Of a stretch of DNA of 64,000 nucleotides, positions 44,763-55,962 are shown in pieces. Location: IMG/VR virus record IMGVR_UViG_3300042261_002385, positions 62,001 to 126,000 of that record, one strand, 5' to 3'. Each line of letters begins with the position of its first letter. Position 1 is the stretch's first letter. The position numbers were made by a program, and so were the translations under genes. The notes below the pieces were generated by a model. It was given only the letters and a program-made list of their open reading frames with translations. It ran no database searches and had not been told where the DNA came from.

Positions 44763-47700
44763 ATGCCTACTATTGGAGGATTGAGTTTTAGTAAGATTGG
44801 ACTTCAGAAAAGTTTTTCAGGCACGACAGCGTCATTGAATATAAATACCAAACTTACTACAAACATTGGTAAATTACTAAAAAATAAATTAAAAAATTTA
44901 GTATCAATAAAACCAAAATTAATTGACTATAATTTTTACTCAAGCCTTGGATTCGACTCTGGTATTGTTGGTTTTGATACAACACTATCTCAAGTTGACT
45001 CTACTGATAAACCAATGAGTCCGAGATTGATGAACTGGGTTGAACCTTATTTAATTTCTGGAGTCAGAAAAACTCTTTTTTACACAGAAGTAAACTCGGG
45101 TCTTAAAATAGGAGATAGAGTTTTTATAATAAATGGTAACTACGATAGTGATGTATTGATAAAAGAAGACAAATATAAACGAGGTAGAGATGGTTATAAA
45201 GTTTTATTTGTTGACAATTGTAGAATAGTTTTAGATATTGATTATACAGGCACATTGCCCTGGACTGAAGAAGATTTGGACCGATTTATAAAAGTTCATT
45301 ATGTTGAATCAAAGAGTGATTTTGAATCAGTAAACAGACAAATCACTACAACTAATGGATATCTTGATTACAAGTTTAATTTTTACAATAAAAATTTAAT
45401 TTTCACAACAACAAATTTTACGGCTACTACAGGTCCAGATTTCGGTGTTAATGGAGGAATTACTCAGTCTGGTTTTTTTGTGAGAGATGACCAGAATGTC
45501 TTACTACAAGGCACTTATTCCTGGATTCCAATAACCTCATCAATAATAGCTGGTTCTTTCTCATACGCAGAATCAATAATTGATTTGAGTAACGACCGAA
45601 TGAAAATATTAGGTGGATCATTTACCGTATCGAGTGTCTCATGGAATTTCAAAGAAAATTTTATTTATAAGTATGAAGTAGGGCCAACTCAATCTCTGTG
45701 GGTAGTAGACGTTAAATATTCAAGACCTATACTAACAAAAACAAACTTTAGAGATGGTAACTTTGATGGTCTTTGGAACGTTGGTCTTTTTGGTAGACAA
45801 GATAAGAAAATTATCTGGCATGGAACAAGATCAACTTGGAACACAGGAACATTATTAAATACAAATTGGGTTAAAGGCACATTTAACTCAAAATTCTCAC
45901 TTGCTGAAAGTTTTTTTTGTGAATATGATCAATATGGTTTACCAAATCAAAAACAAAATGGTCCGAATAATAATGGAAGAGGTTTTAACTTTATCATAGA
46001 TTCTGAACTTAACAGTTCTACGATTGAAAATGGAACATTAATAAATACAAGAGTAGGTTACGGATCATCAACATATTCATTTGTAGAACAACATTTACTA
46101 AACAACACTAATTTGAACTTTTTGAACAAAATCAAAAAAGGATATTTTGATAACTGTGAGTTCAATAATACAAAAATTGAAAACTCCGAAATTAAAAATG
46201 GTAGGTCTACTAATAGTGACTTTAATAATATAAAGTCAATTAATTCTTATTTTAAACAGTCTGTCATAAAAAACTCTGATTATATCAGTGATGAGATAAT
46301 TAAAATTCTTAATTATGAAGAACTTAATATATCAGAATGGAAAACAACCAATCCTATATACTCTTCTTTTACTTACTCTCAAAGAAATGGTCCATCACAC
46401 AAACTTTTAAAATTTTATATTTCTAAAAAAGATTTTGAACGATTTAGAAAAGACGATTATTTTTATTTGAAGAACATTATCATAAATGACGGACAAAAAA
46501 AATTAGTCAATTTTTTTGACAAAAAATTTAAATTAGGTGCTTGGACAGAATACATAGATGATTTTTATGATCCGACAAATCCTTATTTTACATCACAGCC
46601 TACATCAGGACAATCGTCTATTGTAGGAACCTATTCATTTTTCAAAAGAGGTATATCAGCTACAGCATATTTATCGACTCCAAAGGAAAATAAATACTTA
46701 TTAACAACTGTTACAGATGGGACAAACTTTTGGACTCAGGTCGCAGGTACTAACTCAAATGGTTCACTAAGTGGACACGGATTATATTCTGTCGATGTTT
46801 TGATTTCTCTTTATGATAGAGATGACAATTACGTTTCAGGATTGAACTTCGACAGACTAGATTCTACTTTTACAATATATACAAACGAAACCATAAAATT
46901 TATTTACACAGACAGTGGCACTGAATATACCGAAATCAGACAGCCCTCTGGATACTACGACTCAAAACCGTATTACATTATAACAAGTGGAACTGGTCTA
47001 ACTCAAGGTTATATTTTTTACACAGCATCAAACTCAAGATGGGAAAACTATCAAAACTTCGATCCATTGACTGGTTCTGCGAGTGGAAATTTCTGGATGT
47101 CATTATCAGAAACAGGAACATTACCACTTAGCACTAGCTACAGTTGGGTTCAACAAACAAGTTTATCGATTAGTATTACCAGTTCATCAATCTATAACCC
47201 AGAAATATCTCCACCAAATTCTACTCAGAAAGTCTCAATTTATCCTAGACCTGGTTCTATCGGATATGTAATAGATTCAGACTTTGAGAGCGGAATAGTT
47301 GAAAGATCTAATTGGAACTCTGGCTATAATATTGGTTACAACAATGATTTGAATATTACAAAGTTTTTGAATGAAGGAGGTCAATATGACTTGACATTTT
47401 TAACACAAAGCTCGACTATAATTGCAAAAACAGGATTATACACACCACATCAAGAAGTGTCAAATGACACTATAAAAGTTGGTAATGTAGTGTTCCTTAA
47501 TTCTGTTGATTATGACAGCACCGGTAAAATACTTACAATTACTTTAAACAATCCAGGAACTGGTTATGTAAGTGCAACAAGTCTTCAATTATCAGGTGGT
47601 TCGGGAACTCAAGCAACTGTTATGATTACAGCAACTGCTATAGGTGCAGTCACTGGAATTACTGGACCTGCTAATAACTCACACACTTATACAACTTTAT

Positions 47701-50243
47701 CGAGTCCTGTATCCACCTACAACATTTCGTCATCTGGAACAGGCCTCACAGTAAATGCAGTTCTTAGTGGTTCAAATATATCATCAATTACAGTTGCTAA
47801 TCCTGGTAGTGGGTATTTAGCAGGTGATGTCATAGCAGTTCCGGGAAATACAAGTCCTAATCCAGCGACTTTTAGCATAACATCAGTGACAAATGGTGAA
47901 ATAATTTCTGTTACAATTTCAAATGGTGGTATTCAATATATTGAAAATGAGTTATTAACGATTGTTGGTGGTGGTTCTAATGGTATAATAGAAGTCACTT
48001 CAACAACTGGTTCTATAGTCACCCTACCAGATGCGTATAAAATCACGTCTGTAATCAACGATGAAATTAGATTAAAAGAAATCGCAACATCTTCTACAGT
48101 AATATCAACACTTTTGACGGGTGGTGTGAGTTACACAAAAAATTCATTTAATAGATGGGGGTATATACATCCTTTGAAAATTAATAAAAGTTTCATAAAA
48201 AGTGGTTTACTGAGAAGAACTTATATTTATAACTCTTTGATTGAGAATACTACAATCAATCTTCAGGATTTAGATTTCAATAATATTATTAATTTTAAAA
48301 ATCTAATAAATATAGAGATTTTGTTTAAAAACAATAAAAATATTCTTTCAAAAGCGTCATATGTCAATTCAAATATGGTCAGTGGAAGTGATGATTGGTA
48401 TGATGGACTTTGGAATAATTCAATTTGGAATAGCGGAACTTTCTCAAAAGGAATAGTAAAAGAATCCTCTTGGCACGATGGTAGATTTGTCAACGGTACA
48501 TTCTATCAATCAAAAAGTTTCAACGCTACTCCAGACTCAGTTTTTCAGTATTATGATTCTGACAGAATATACTCTAGTTGGAAAAAAGGACTAACTTCAG
48601 ATATTTTAGCCAATGATAGATTCTCCTGGAGAAAAGGAGTCTTTGTAAATGGTAGTTTTCTTAAAAGTGATTGGGAGTCTGGTCAATTCTTAAATGGTAA
48701 ATTCTATAATTCTAAGTGGTATGCTGGAACTTTTAGTTCAGGAATTATAGGAGACGTCACTCTTTCATCATCTGATACAAAATTTTATAACGGAGAAATA
48801 AAAACAGCCATAGTAGAAAATGCTAACATTTATGCTGAAGACACTTCATTCACAGGAGCTTCTACATCAACAATTGTCTGGAATACAGGAACTTTCAATG
48901 CTGGTATTTTTGGCTGTGACATATTAAATCAACCAACAAGCTACCATACAGCAACTTGGAATGATGGTGAATTCAATGGTGGTGAATTTCAAACGAATGG
49001 TAAATGGAAAACAGGAATTTTTAACGGTGGTAAATTTATCTCTGGTTTTGGATGGACTTCTTCTTTAACTTCACAATCAGAATTTGGTTGGGAGGACGGA
49101 GAATTTAATGGTGGTGAGTTTGGAAATGCAAATTTAGGCACAAATTCAATTTGGTATACCGGTGAGTTTAATGGTGGTAAATTTGTAGGAAGAATTTGGA
49201 ATGACGGTGTGTTTACATCCGGAGATTTCTTAGGGTCTGCAACATATGCAGCAGTCGGTGGAAATAATCCAGATGGAATGACAACGTCAAATGTCGACTA
49301 TTTTGTTGACTCATTTACAAATGAATATTACGGAAAATGGTTATCAGGTATTGTCACAAACAACAAAGATGAATTTATTAAGAATAAAAAACTATTTACC
49401 AAGCAGATAAGATCTATACAGATAAAAAGGCCATTAAGTATTGCAAACTTCAAAAAAATGCTTTGGCTTGGTGGAACCTTTAGTCATCCAGGGGGAAATT
49501 TTTATAGCAGTGCATGGTTAGACGGTAATTTCTTAAAAGGAAAGTTCGAATTAAGTTCGTTTAATCCCTATGTGAAAAGAAATGGTTCACCTAGTCAGAG
49601 TTTTAATCTAAATGATGATATCTCAACTGGAGAAGGAAGTTGTCTATGGCAAGATGGAATTTTCTCAGAAAGTGAGTTCTATATTTCACAATGGAATACA
49701 GGTAAGTTTTTATCTGGAACAGCCTACGGTATGGTATGGAAAAACGGAACAAGTAACTATATGAATGCCTACAATATATTCTGGGACAACGGAACTTGGA
49801 GAAACGGAAACTGGTTTGGTTCTTATATTGGATACAACGGAACAATTGATTCAGATTTTAATAGACAAATATTACTAAGAGGTATGTCATATAGTGGAAC
49901 GTCTTCTACTCATTTTTGGAATGTATTTGAAGAGACTCAAGCTAATATGGTTGTAGAGAATATGATCGGATCACAAACAGTAAATCCATTAAGTCTTTCT
50001 GCTGTACCAGCTAGTCATATAACTTCCGACAGAAGATTAAAGAATATTTTAAAAGTTCATGAAATAGTGAATGGTATAAACGTTTATGATTTTGAATATA
50101 TATATGAACCTGGACAAGTATACAGAGGAGTTATAGCACAGGAATTGTTAGAAACTAAATTTAAAGATGCTGTAATTTTAGTTGATGATACTTACTTGGT
50201 CGACTATAGCAAACTTGAAATAGAATTTAAAAAAATTAACTAA
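44763..50243 (+). CDS. Giant tail fibre/spike-like protein with (W/F)xxGx repeats and C-terminal S74 chaperone domain
   Basis: 1826 aa; NPGxGY repeats; SDRRLK...GVIAQEL...VDYSKL. Confidence 0.7.
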   Translation: MPTIGGLSFSKIGLQKSFSGTTASLNINTKLTTNIGKLLKNKLKNLVSIKPKLIDYNFYSSLGFDSGIVGFDTTLSQVDSTDKPMSPRLMNWVEPYLISGVRKTLFYTEVNSGLKIGDRVFIINGNYDSDVLIKEDKYKRGRDGYKVLFVDNCRIVLDIDYTGTLPWTEEDLDRFIKVHYVESKSDFESVNRQITTTNGYLDYKFNFYNKNLIFTTTNFTATTGPDFGVNGGITQSGFFVRDDQNVLLQGTYSWIPITSSIIAGSFSYAESIIDLSNDRMKILGGSFTVSSVSWNFKENFIYKYEVGPTQSLWVVDVKYSRPILTKTNFRDGNFDGLWNVGLFGRQDKKIIWHGTRSTWNTGTLLNTNWVKGTFNSKFSLAESFFCEYDQYGLPNQKQNGPNNNGRGFNFIIDSELNSSTIENGTLINTRVGYGSSTYSFVEQHLLNNTNLNFLNKIKKGYFDNCEFNNTKIENSEIKNGRSTNSDFNNIKSINSYFKQSVIKNSDYISDEIIKILNYEELNISEWKTTNPIYSSFTYSQRNGPSHKLLKFYISKKDFERFRKDDYFYLKNIIINDGQKKLVNFFDKKFKLGAWTEYIDDFYDPTNPYFTSQPTSGQSSIVGTYSFFKRGISATAYLSTPKENKYLLTTVTDGTNFWTQVAGTNSNGSLSGHGLYSVDVLISLYDRDDNYVSGLNFDRLDSTFTIYTNETIKFIYTDSGTEYTEIRQPSGYYDSKPYYIITSGTGLTQGYIFYTASNSRWENYQNFDPLTGSASGNFWMSLSETGTLPLSTSYSWVQQTSLSISITSSSIYNPEISPPNSTQKVSIYPRPGSIGYVIDSDFESGIVERSNWNSGYNIGYNNDLNITKFLNEGGQYDLTFLTQSSTIIAKTGLYTPHQEVSNDTIKVGNVVFLNSVDYDSTGKILTITLNNPGTGYVSATSLQLSGGSGTQATVMITATAIGAVTGITGPANNSHTYTTLSSPVSTYNISSSGTGLTVNAVLSGSNISSITVANPGSGYLAGDVIAVPGNTSPNPATFSITSVTNGEIISVTISNGGIQYIENELLTIVGGGSNGIIEVTSTTGSIVTLPDAYKITSVINDEIRLKEIATSSTVISTLLTGGVSYTKNSFNRWGYIHPLKINKSFIKSGLLRRTYIYNSLIENTTINLQDLDFNNIINFKNLINIEILFKNNKNILSKASYVNSNMVSGSDDWYDGLWNNSIWNSGTFSKGIVKESSWHDGRFVNGTFYQSKSFNATPDSVFQYYDSDRIYSSWKKGLTSDILANDRFSWRKGVFVNGSFLKSDWESGQFLNGKFYNSKWYAGTFSSGIIGDVTLSSSDTKFYNGEIKTAIVENANIYAEDTSFTGASTSTIVWNTGTFNAGIFGCDILNQPTSYHTATWNDGEFNGGEFQTNGKWKTGIFNGGKFISGFGWTSSLTSQSEFGWEDGEFNGGEFGNANLGTNSIWYTGEFNGGKFVGRIWNDGVFTSGDFLGSATYAAVGGNNPDGMTTSNVDYFVDSFTNEYYGKWLSGIVTNNKDEFIKNKKLFTKQIRSIQIKRPLSIANFKKMLWLGGTFSHPGGNFYSSAWLDGNFLKGKFELSSFNPYVKRNGSPSQSFNLNDDISTGEGSCLWQDGIFSESEFYISQWNTGKFLSGTAYGMVWKNGTSNYMNAYNIFWDNGTWRNGNWFGSYIGYNGTIDSDFNRQILLRGMSYSGTSSTHFWNVFEETQANMVVENMIGSQTVNPLSLSAVPASHITSDRRLKNILKVHEIVNGINVYDFEYIYEPGQVYRGVIAQELLETKFKDAVILVDDTYLVDYSKLEIEFKKIN

Positions 50244-50245
50244 AA

Positions 50246-53200
50246 ATGCCTTGGACATCGACTTCGGTAAGTTTTTCTGGAAATTTTCACTGGACTTATA
50301 ATACATCATTGACACCAGACCAATTAGTTCGTTCTAGCAATGGATCATCAACAATGGGTAGGTTGACTTTTAGAAAACCTGGAACAAGTGCAGGAACATA
50401 TCAAAATTATCAATTTAAATCAAATAAGACATACATCTGGAAAACTTATGTTAGAAATTTCAATTCAGCATCTCAAAGTGGATACGGTCTGATACCAACA
50501 TTTCCAAAAAGAGCACTAAATATAACACCGCCTTATAAATACGGATCGACTTTTTCATTTCGAGGTGCATTTTATATTGAATCATTTACCAACTACGGAG
50601 TTGCAACAAATTCAAACACTTTACCGTATTCTACTACTAATACAAGTGATAATTGTTTGATTTTTATAGATAGACCATCGAATGATACCGTTACTAAAGA
50701 TATGGTAATTTACTCAGCTACTTTTTCGAATTTCGAGACGTCAGGTATAGTAGAATCAAAACTTTTAGAAATAGACTATCTTATACAAGGATATTCATTT
50801 GCAACCGCGTCATCACCAAGCTCACCAACAACAGATGATAGAAGATATGAAGGTTGGAGATTTGATGAAAGTGATGAGTCTTTTCATTATGTTCATCAAA
50901 GTAAAAGTGGAGCAAGCCAAGTAAGACTTCCTTTATCGTTAGCTATTTCACAAACCGGGGATTTAAATTCGTTTGCACAGTCAACCGGTAATGGATTGAC
51001 TTACACAGGTGTGACACATAGTAATTTTATTAGTAGATATGTTTCGAGTGAGGTGTTTAATCTTATTGTAGAAGTCGATATTTATGGATCATCTTATATC
51101 AGAGTTTATTTGTGTGACTCAGAACCACCAATTACTACCTCACCTACAATATTTGACCAATTCTTATCGACATCACAAAAAATTGGCGAACTAACGGTTT
51201 CAGACTCTATAGTAAATTTTTATAATCTCACTGGTGAAAAGTATTTAGTATTTACAAGTGAGTATAAAAATACAATTGGATATTATCAAAACTCAATAAA
51301 TAAAATACAAATAATTGAGGGTTATTCGGATACTGATAATAATGAGCAGTTCTTACTCACAGATAGTGACCAATACTTTGAACCAATCACTTTAAGTCCA
51401 ATCGGTTCATCTACTTATTCAACATACAGCGTAATCATAACAACAAATAATACTTATCACGAAGTAGGTAATGAAATTTTTGGACCAACAGGTTCGACAG
51501 GTTCTTTTGGTGGATTCTTTACTTCACAATTTGGAACAGTTTCAAACCTTAGCTATCAAATATCAAAAATAGGTAATGGTAAATTTAATTCAGGAGTTTG
51601 GGAAAATGGTGTTTGGAATAGTGGATTAAGAATTGATGATGCTGTTTATGAATTTGACAATGTAGAATTAGCAATAAAATTATCTACTAGAAATATAGTA
51701 TGGCGAATACAAATAGTAGGTTCAACCTTTTCTACTCCATATTTTGAAGTTGGTGATAGAATATCTATAAGTAATATTGTGGCAATAGATATAAACGAAG
51801 AAAGAAAATTATTGAAGAACTACTACACGGTCATTGCTAAAACAGATACAATTCTAGTTGTTGAGACAGAAAATAACTTTCCTATAAGAAGAATTGAAAA
51901 AGACTCAGACAATCATAAAATTTTAGTCACAAAAAATGTGTGGCTAAATGGTGGTTTCTTAAACGGATACTTTGAGGGAATATGGAATGATGGTCTATTT
52001 AGAGGATATCCTTATATAACAGAGATGTATAATTCTCATTGGATTGATGGAACATTTAACGGTGGACACTTCAATTCTGAGAGGCAATCATATACATTTA
52101 TTGATACATATTATTACAATGGATACGTAGGATTGACATTTGGAGCTACAGCTCATGGTTTCATACCTGGCGATTTGATAAAAATTGACAAATTTGATAA
52201 AACTGTGAATTCAAGTTACGATGGAATTCACACTGTAACAGAAATTATTGACAATTATCTACTCATAACTGACAAAACATGGGAAACTTCAACAGCGACT
52301 GAGTCCGGAATTGTATATAAACAAGCCACAACCGGTTTAATTCAGAATTTCAAATTTTTTGACAACAATGTTGCAAATAAAACCTCACAAACATCTGTTA
52401 ATCCAAAAGAAATTTGGAAATATAATTCTTGGATGGATTTAGTTTATAAAACTCAATCTTCAACAAATATTGGTTCTAATAAAATACTTTTTAATTCACA
52501 GAGTAATAATATAGACGAAGTTATACAACAACACAAATTTGGATTTGGAGACTACACGGCGATGAATTTATATGGATACATTACTGAGGATGTTTTATCA
52601 AGTGTGTCGCAATTTAGAGATATTGAAACTTTCTTTAAAAGAAACTACTCACTTGGAACAAAATATCAAATTTACCAAGATTTTTTAGGTGACATATCAG
52701 AGTTTAATAATTCCTTCGATTCTAATCCAGAGCTTGGTAACCTAAATAATTTTTATGCTGACGGATGGACTTACAGTTTTTCAGGAATATTAGCCACATA
52801 TTCATATTTAAATAAGTATGTAAAAAGTAGAACAGGTGTTCAGAATTTTACTAGTTATGACTATAATGGCGGGTCTGCATATTTATCTCCAACTTTTAGT
52901 GCTAATAGTGGAGTTTCAATCTGGGGAACTGTTTCATTCAATTCACTTCAAGAGGATTCATTTGGACTTTTACTATCAGAAGATGTCGCAAACCAGAGCT
53001 TTGGTGTAAGTGTATCAGGTATTTATCAAATAAGTGTATCGATACCAGCTAATTTCTATACCGTAGCTTATGCACCGGGTATATCTAGTTTTTTAGATAA
53101 TGACAGACTATTTATTTCAGGAAACTATTTATTAGGAGAACTCAGACTTGTGAAAGTTGCCAATAATAATAAAGCGGTTGTTACTCTTTCGAAAAAGATT

Positions 53201-54226
53201 ATCAAAACTTCAGGTGGTGATTACAATACTGGAATTGAAAGTTATCCAGAGGGTCAGGATTACGCAGAATTTCAAAGAAACTTGACTCTTAACATAGATT
53301 GGAAAGGACAATTAGAAGAAAACGACAAAATAAAAGTTCTTTTTAGAGGAACTGAAACAGTAATTAGAAACTATAACTATGCTGGTCCGTGGAGAGGATC
53401 CGGATTTGAGCAAGGTCCTGGATTCAACGATAACATAACAGACGCCGCGGCTAGATGGAGATTTGGAACTGCTTCTACATTATCAATAAACAATCAAGGT
53501 GTTGATGAGTCTATAGGATTTAATATTAAAAGAACGACAAATAAAACACTTCAATATGAAAGTGATAAAGAGATATCATTCTTTACTTTAAATAACACAA
53601 ATATTAATATTGAAAAAAATAGATATTCGATGATTGAGTTTGATATCATTCAACAACCACACTCAATTATGAATATTTTTTCTTATGGCTCTCAGAGTTT
53701 TGATATTCAATTTCACACAATTGATTTATATAACTTTACAAATTTTATAAATGAGGATGGTTCATATGGTCTTACACACGCTTATCCAGCTGGATATGAT
53801 CCTACAGTAGAACCTTTTCAAAACTATCTTTCTGTTTATTCAAATGGTATCGACTACAAATATACAGGTGAATCTACTGTTAGAGAATTCTTTTATAATA
53901 GACCAGGTCTAGATTTAGGATTTTGGAACTTTAACACTCAGTTTACGGATAATGAAATTATAAAAGTTCATGAGGTTGATAACGTTAAGTTTTATGAAAT
54001 AGATATGATACCATTCTTTCAATACACGACGGAGGACTATATAAATAAACAAATTCAATCTCCATTAGTTGGAGTAGCACCAATTATAGACTATAGTGAC
54101 GTGAATTTTAACTTTATTGGAAATATACAAATTAGCCTTGATGGTATTTCTTTAAATCAATCAACACTACCATCTACTACAATTTTTGATTCAAGTAACA
54201 CTACAGTAGCCCCTACGACTTCCTAA
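50246..54226 (+). CDS. Large putative virion protein
   Basis: 1326 aa; shares W..G.F..G repeats with the upstream gene. Confidence 0.6.
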   Translation: MPWTSTSVSFSGNFHWTYNTSLTPDQLVRSSNGSSTMGRLTFRKPGTSAGTYQNYQFKSNKTYIWKTYVRNFNSASQSGYGLIPTFPKRALNITPPYKYGSTFSFRGAFYIESFTNYGVATNSNTLPYSTTNTSDNCLIFIDRPSNDTVTKDMVIYSATFSNFETSGIVESKLLEIDYLIQGYSFATASSPSSPTTDDRRYEGWRFDESDESFHYVHQSKSGASQVRLPLSLAISQTGDLNSFAQSTGNGLTYTGVTHSNFISRYVSSEVFNLIVEVDIYGSSYIRVYLCDSEPPITTSPTIFDQFLSTSQKIGELTVSDSIVNFYNLTGEKYLVFTSEYKNTIGYYQNSINKIQIIEGYSDTDNNEQFLLTDSDQYFEPITLSPIGSSTYSTYSVIITTNNTYHEVGNEIFGPTGSTGSFGGFFTSQFGTVSNLSYQISKIGNGKFNSGVWENGVWNSGLRIDDAVYEFDNVELAIKLSTRNIVWRIQIVGSTFSTPYFEVGDRISISNIVAIDINEERKLLKNYYTVIAKTDTILVVETENNFPIRRIEKDSDNHKILVTKNVWLNGGFLNGYFEGIWNDGLFRGYPYITEMYNSHWIDGTFNGGHFNSERQSYTFIDTYYYNGYVGLTFGATAHGFIPGDLIKIDKFDKTVNSSYDGIHTVTEIIDNYLLITDKTWETSTATESGIVYKQATTGLIQNFKFFDNNVANKTSQTSVNPKEIWKYNSWMDLVYKTQSSTNIGSNKILFNSQSNNIDEVIQQHKFGFGDYTAMNLYGYITEDVLSSVSQFRDIETFFKRNYSLGTKYQIYQDFLGDISEFNNSFDSNPELGNLNNFYADGWTYSFSGILATYSYLNKYVKSRTGVQNFTSYDYNGGSAYLSPTFSANSGVSIWGTVSFNSLQEDSFGLLLSEDVANQSFGVSVSGIYQISVSIPANFYTVAYAPGISSFLDNDRLFISGNYLLGELRLVKVANNNKAVVTLSKKIIKTSGGDYNTGIESYPEGQDYAEFQRNLTLNIDWKGQLEENDKIKVLFRGTETVIRNYNYAGPWRGSGFEQGPGFNDNITDAAARWRFGTASTLSINNQGVDESIGFNIKRTTNKTLQYESDKEISFFTLNNTNINIEKNRYSMIEFDIIQQPHSIMNIFSYGSQSFDIQFHTIDLYNFTNFINEDGSYGLTHAYPAGYDPTVEPFQNYLSVYSNGIDYKYTGESTVREFFYNRPGLDLGFWNFNTQFTDNEIIKVHEVDNVKFYEIDMIPFFQYTTEDYINKQIQSPLVGVAPIIDYSDVNFNFIGNIQISLDGISLNQSTLPSTTIFDSSNTTVAPTTS

Positions 54227-54237
54227 ATAAAGGTAAA

Positions 54238-54951
54238 TTAATTTTGGATAATTAACACATATCCAACTTTACCTGATTCAGACTTTGAGTGATGACCCAT
54301 TGATTCAATTTTTGTCTCAGATCCAGTAAGTTTTATACCAGTAATTTTTTGTTTGCCAAGTATCCTCTTTTCGCCGTCACAAACAGAACATTTGTTGATT
54401 CCAATTTTACCTTGTCCAAAACAAAAACTACAGTCAAAGTTTTCAAATTTACCAGTTCCTTCACAAAAGTCACAACCATCTTCTGCTTCAAAAGTCTTTA
54501 CTACTTCACCTTCTAAGTTTCTAACTATAATTTTAGAACTATTATCCTTTCCAGTTCCTGCACAACTTTTACATTTGACCCATCTCTCATATTCTAAAGT
54601 TCCATCAAATTCTTTATCAACCGATATTTTTATATTTAGAACTTCGTTTTTTACAAAATTTTTTAAGTCTTGTTTTTGTTTGTCATAATCATATTCAACA
54701 TTGATATCAAAAAGCTCAAAGTATTCATTATAATTATTACCAAATTTACTTTTGAGGTCATAGTCTTTTCTCTCATCACCACAGAGAACATCATACGCTT
54801 CTGTTATAGAATTAAATTTAATAGGATCAACTTCTTTGTTTCTATCAGGATGATATTCAAATGATAGTTTATAGTAGGCTTTTTTTATTTCTTTTTCATT
54901 GGCGTTATTTCCAACACCAAGTATTGAATAATAGTTAATATTTAAATTCAT
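54238..54951 (-). CDS. dnaJ: DnaJ-like co-chaperone
   Basis: J domain with HPD; four CxxCxGx(G) repeats. Confidence 0.88.
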   Translation of the reverse strand: MNLNINYYSILGVGNNANEKEIKKAYYKLSFEYHPDRNKEVDPIKFNSITEAYDVLCGDERKDYDLKSKFGNNYNEYFELFDINVEYDYDKQKQDLKNFVKNEVLNIKISVDKEFDGTLEYERWVKCKSCAGTGKDNSSKIIVRNLEGEVVKTFEAEDGCDFCEGTGKFENFDCSFCFGQGKIGINKCSVCDGEKRILGKQKITGIKLTGSETKIESMGHHSKSESGKVGYVLIIQN

Positions 54952-55553
54952 ATTTTGTTATATTTTCTTAAATTGTCAATTGCCCAAAGAGCCTGAAAGT
55001 TTGTGTAGTGATTTAATTTTATAGCATCTTCGTATGTCTTAGCTTGTGATATTGGTATTATATGATCTAAGTGCCATTGACCATAATTTTCAAAAGTCAT
55101 CCCATTCGAAAAGGTTGATTGTATATAAATCATAAAATACCCCATGCTACAACCAATTATATCTGTAGTTTTGGTTTTCTTTTTGAAGTTTAAGCTTCTT
55201 ATCGAAGATCTTATTGAATTTCTAACAATCCTGGTTAGTTTATAAATTTCATTATTGGATTTTTTATTAAGTTCATGTCTTCTTTTAATCTCATTAACTT
55301 TTTCTTTATTATTAGATACCCATTCTTTATAGATATGGTATCTTTCCTTCATCCATTTTTTATTATACTCACTTACTTTTTCTTTATTGAGAGATTTATA
55401 TTCTCTATTATAATCTCTTAACTTTTGTCTATTATTCTCTCTGTATTTAGCAGATGACTTTTTTCTTCTACAATTCTTACATGATGATTCATCAACACTT
55501 TTTAAAAATAGATTATCATCCTTTTCAATATTACAATCTGGACATTTTTTCAT
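54948..55553 (-). CDS. Putative HNH-type homing endonuclease
   Basis: CPDC/CKNC N-terminus; WHLDHIIP...[13 protein letters not shown]. Confidence 0.75.
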   Translation of the reverse strand: MKKCPDCNIEKDDNLFLKSVDESSCKNCRRKKSSAKYRENNRQKLRDYNREYKSLNKEKVSEYNKKWMKERYHIYKEWVSNNKEKVNEIKRRHELNKKSNNEIYKLTRIVRNSIRSSIRSLNFKKKTKTTDIIGCSMGYFMIYIQSTFSNGMTFENYGQWHLDHIIPISQAKTYEDAIKLNHYTNFQALWAIDNLRKYNKI

Positions 55554-55751
55554 ATTTTTATATATTAAAAAATCTCCTCCTTTATCCTAAAAATTACTCA
55601 AATTCATAAAAGCCAATTTCTTTTAATTTTTCTTTCATCTCATGTTCGTCTTTTGTTAAGCCAACAATATCACAAACTTGATTAGATATACCATCAAATT
55701 CCTAAATCGTAAGTTTTATTACTTTGATTAGTAAACAAACTAAATAACTTT

Positions 55752-55943
55752 TTAATCATTACTTCTGTACTTTTTTTGAATGTATGCAGCTCTTTGTAGT
55801 TCATCTCTTCTTTTTACGCATTTCTTTTTGAATTCCTTTTTTTCTTTCAGAATTTTCATTGCTTTAGATTTGTCCCATTTCTTTTTTAAGACTTTTAGAG
55901 CTCTTTCAATTGGTTGTTTCGCGTTTACTTCTACTATTAACAT
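55752..55943 (-). CDS. rpsU: Ribosomal protein bS21, Bacteroidota-like
   Basis: MLIVEV...IERALK.LKKK......LK.KKEF.K..VKRR.ELQRAAYIQ. Confidence 0.85.
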   Translation of the reverse strand: MLIVEVNAKQPIERALKVLKKKWDKSKAMKILKEKKEFKKKCVKRRDELQRAAYIQKKYRSND

Positions 55944-55962
55944 ACTACTTTTAATTTATTTT

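Noticed and set aside
55594-55704. Protein-like minus-strand frame (EFDGISNQVCDIVGLTKDEHEMKEKLKEIGFYEFE) after a TAG
   Set aside because: No convincing start codon. It may be a gene remnant; there is not enough evidence for read-through.
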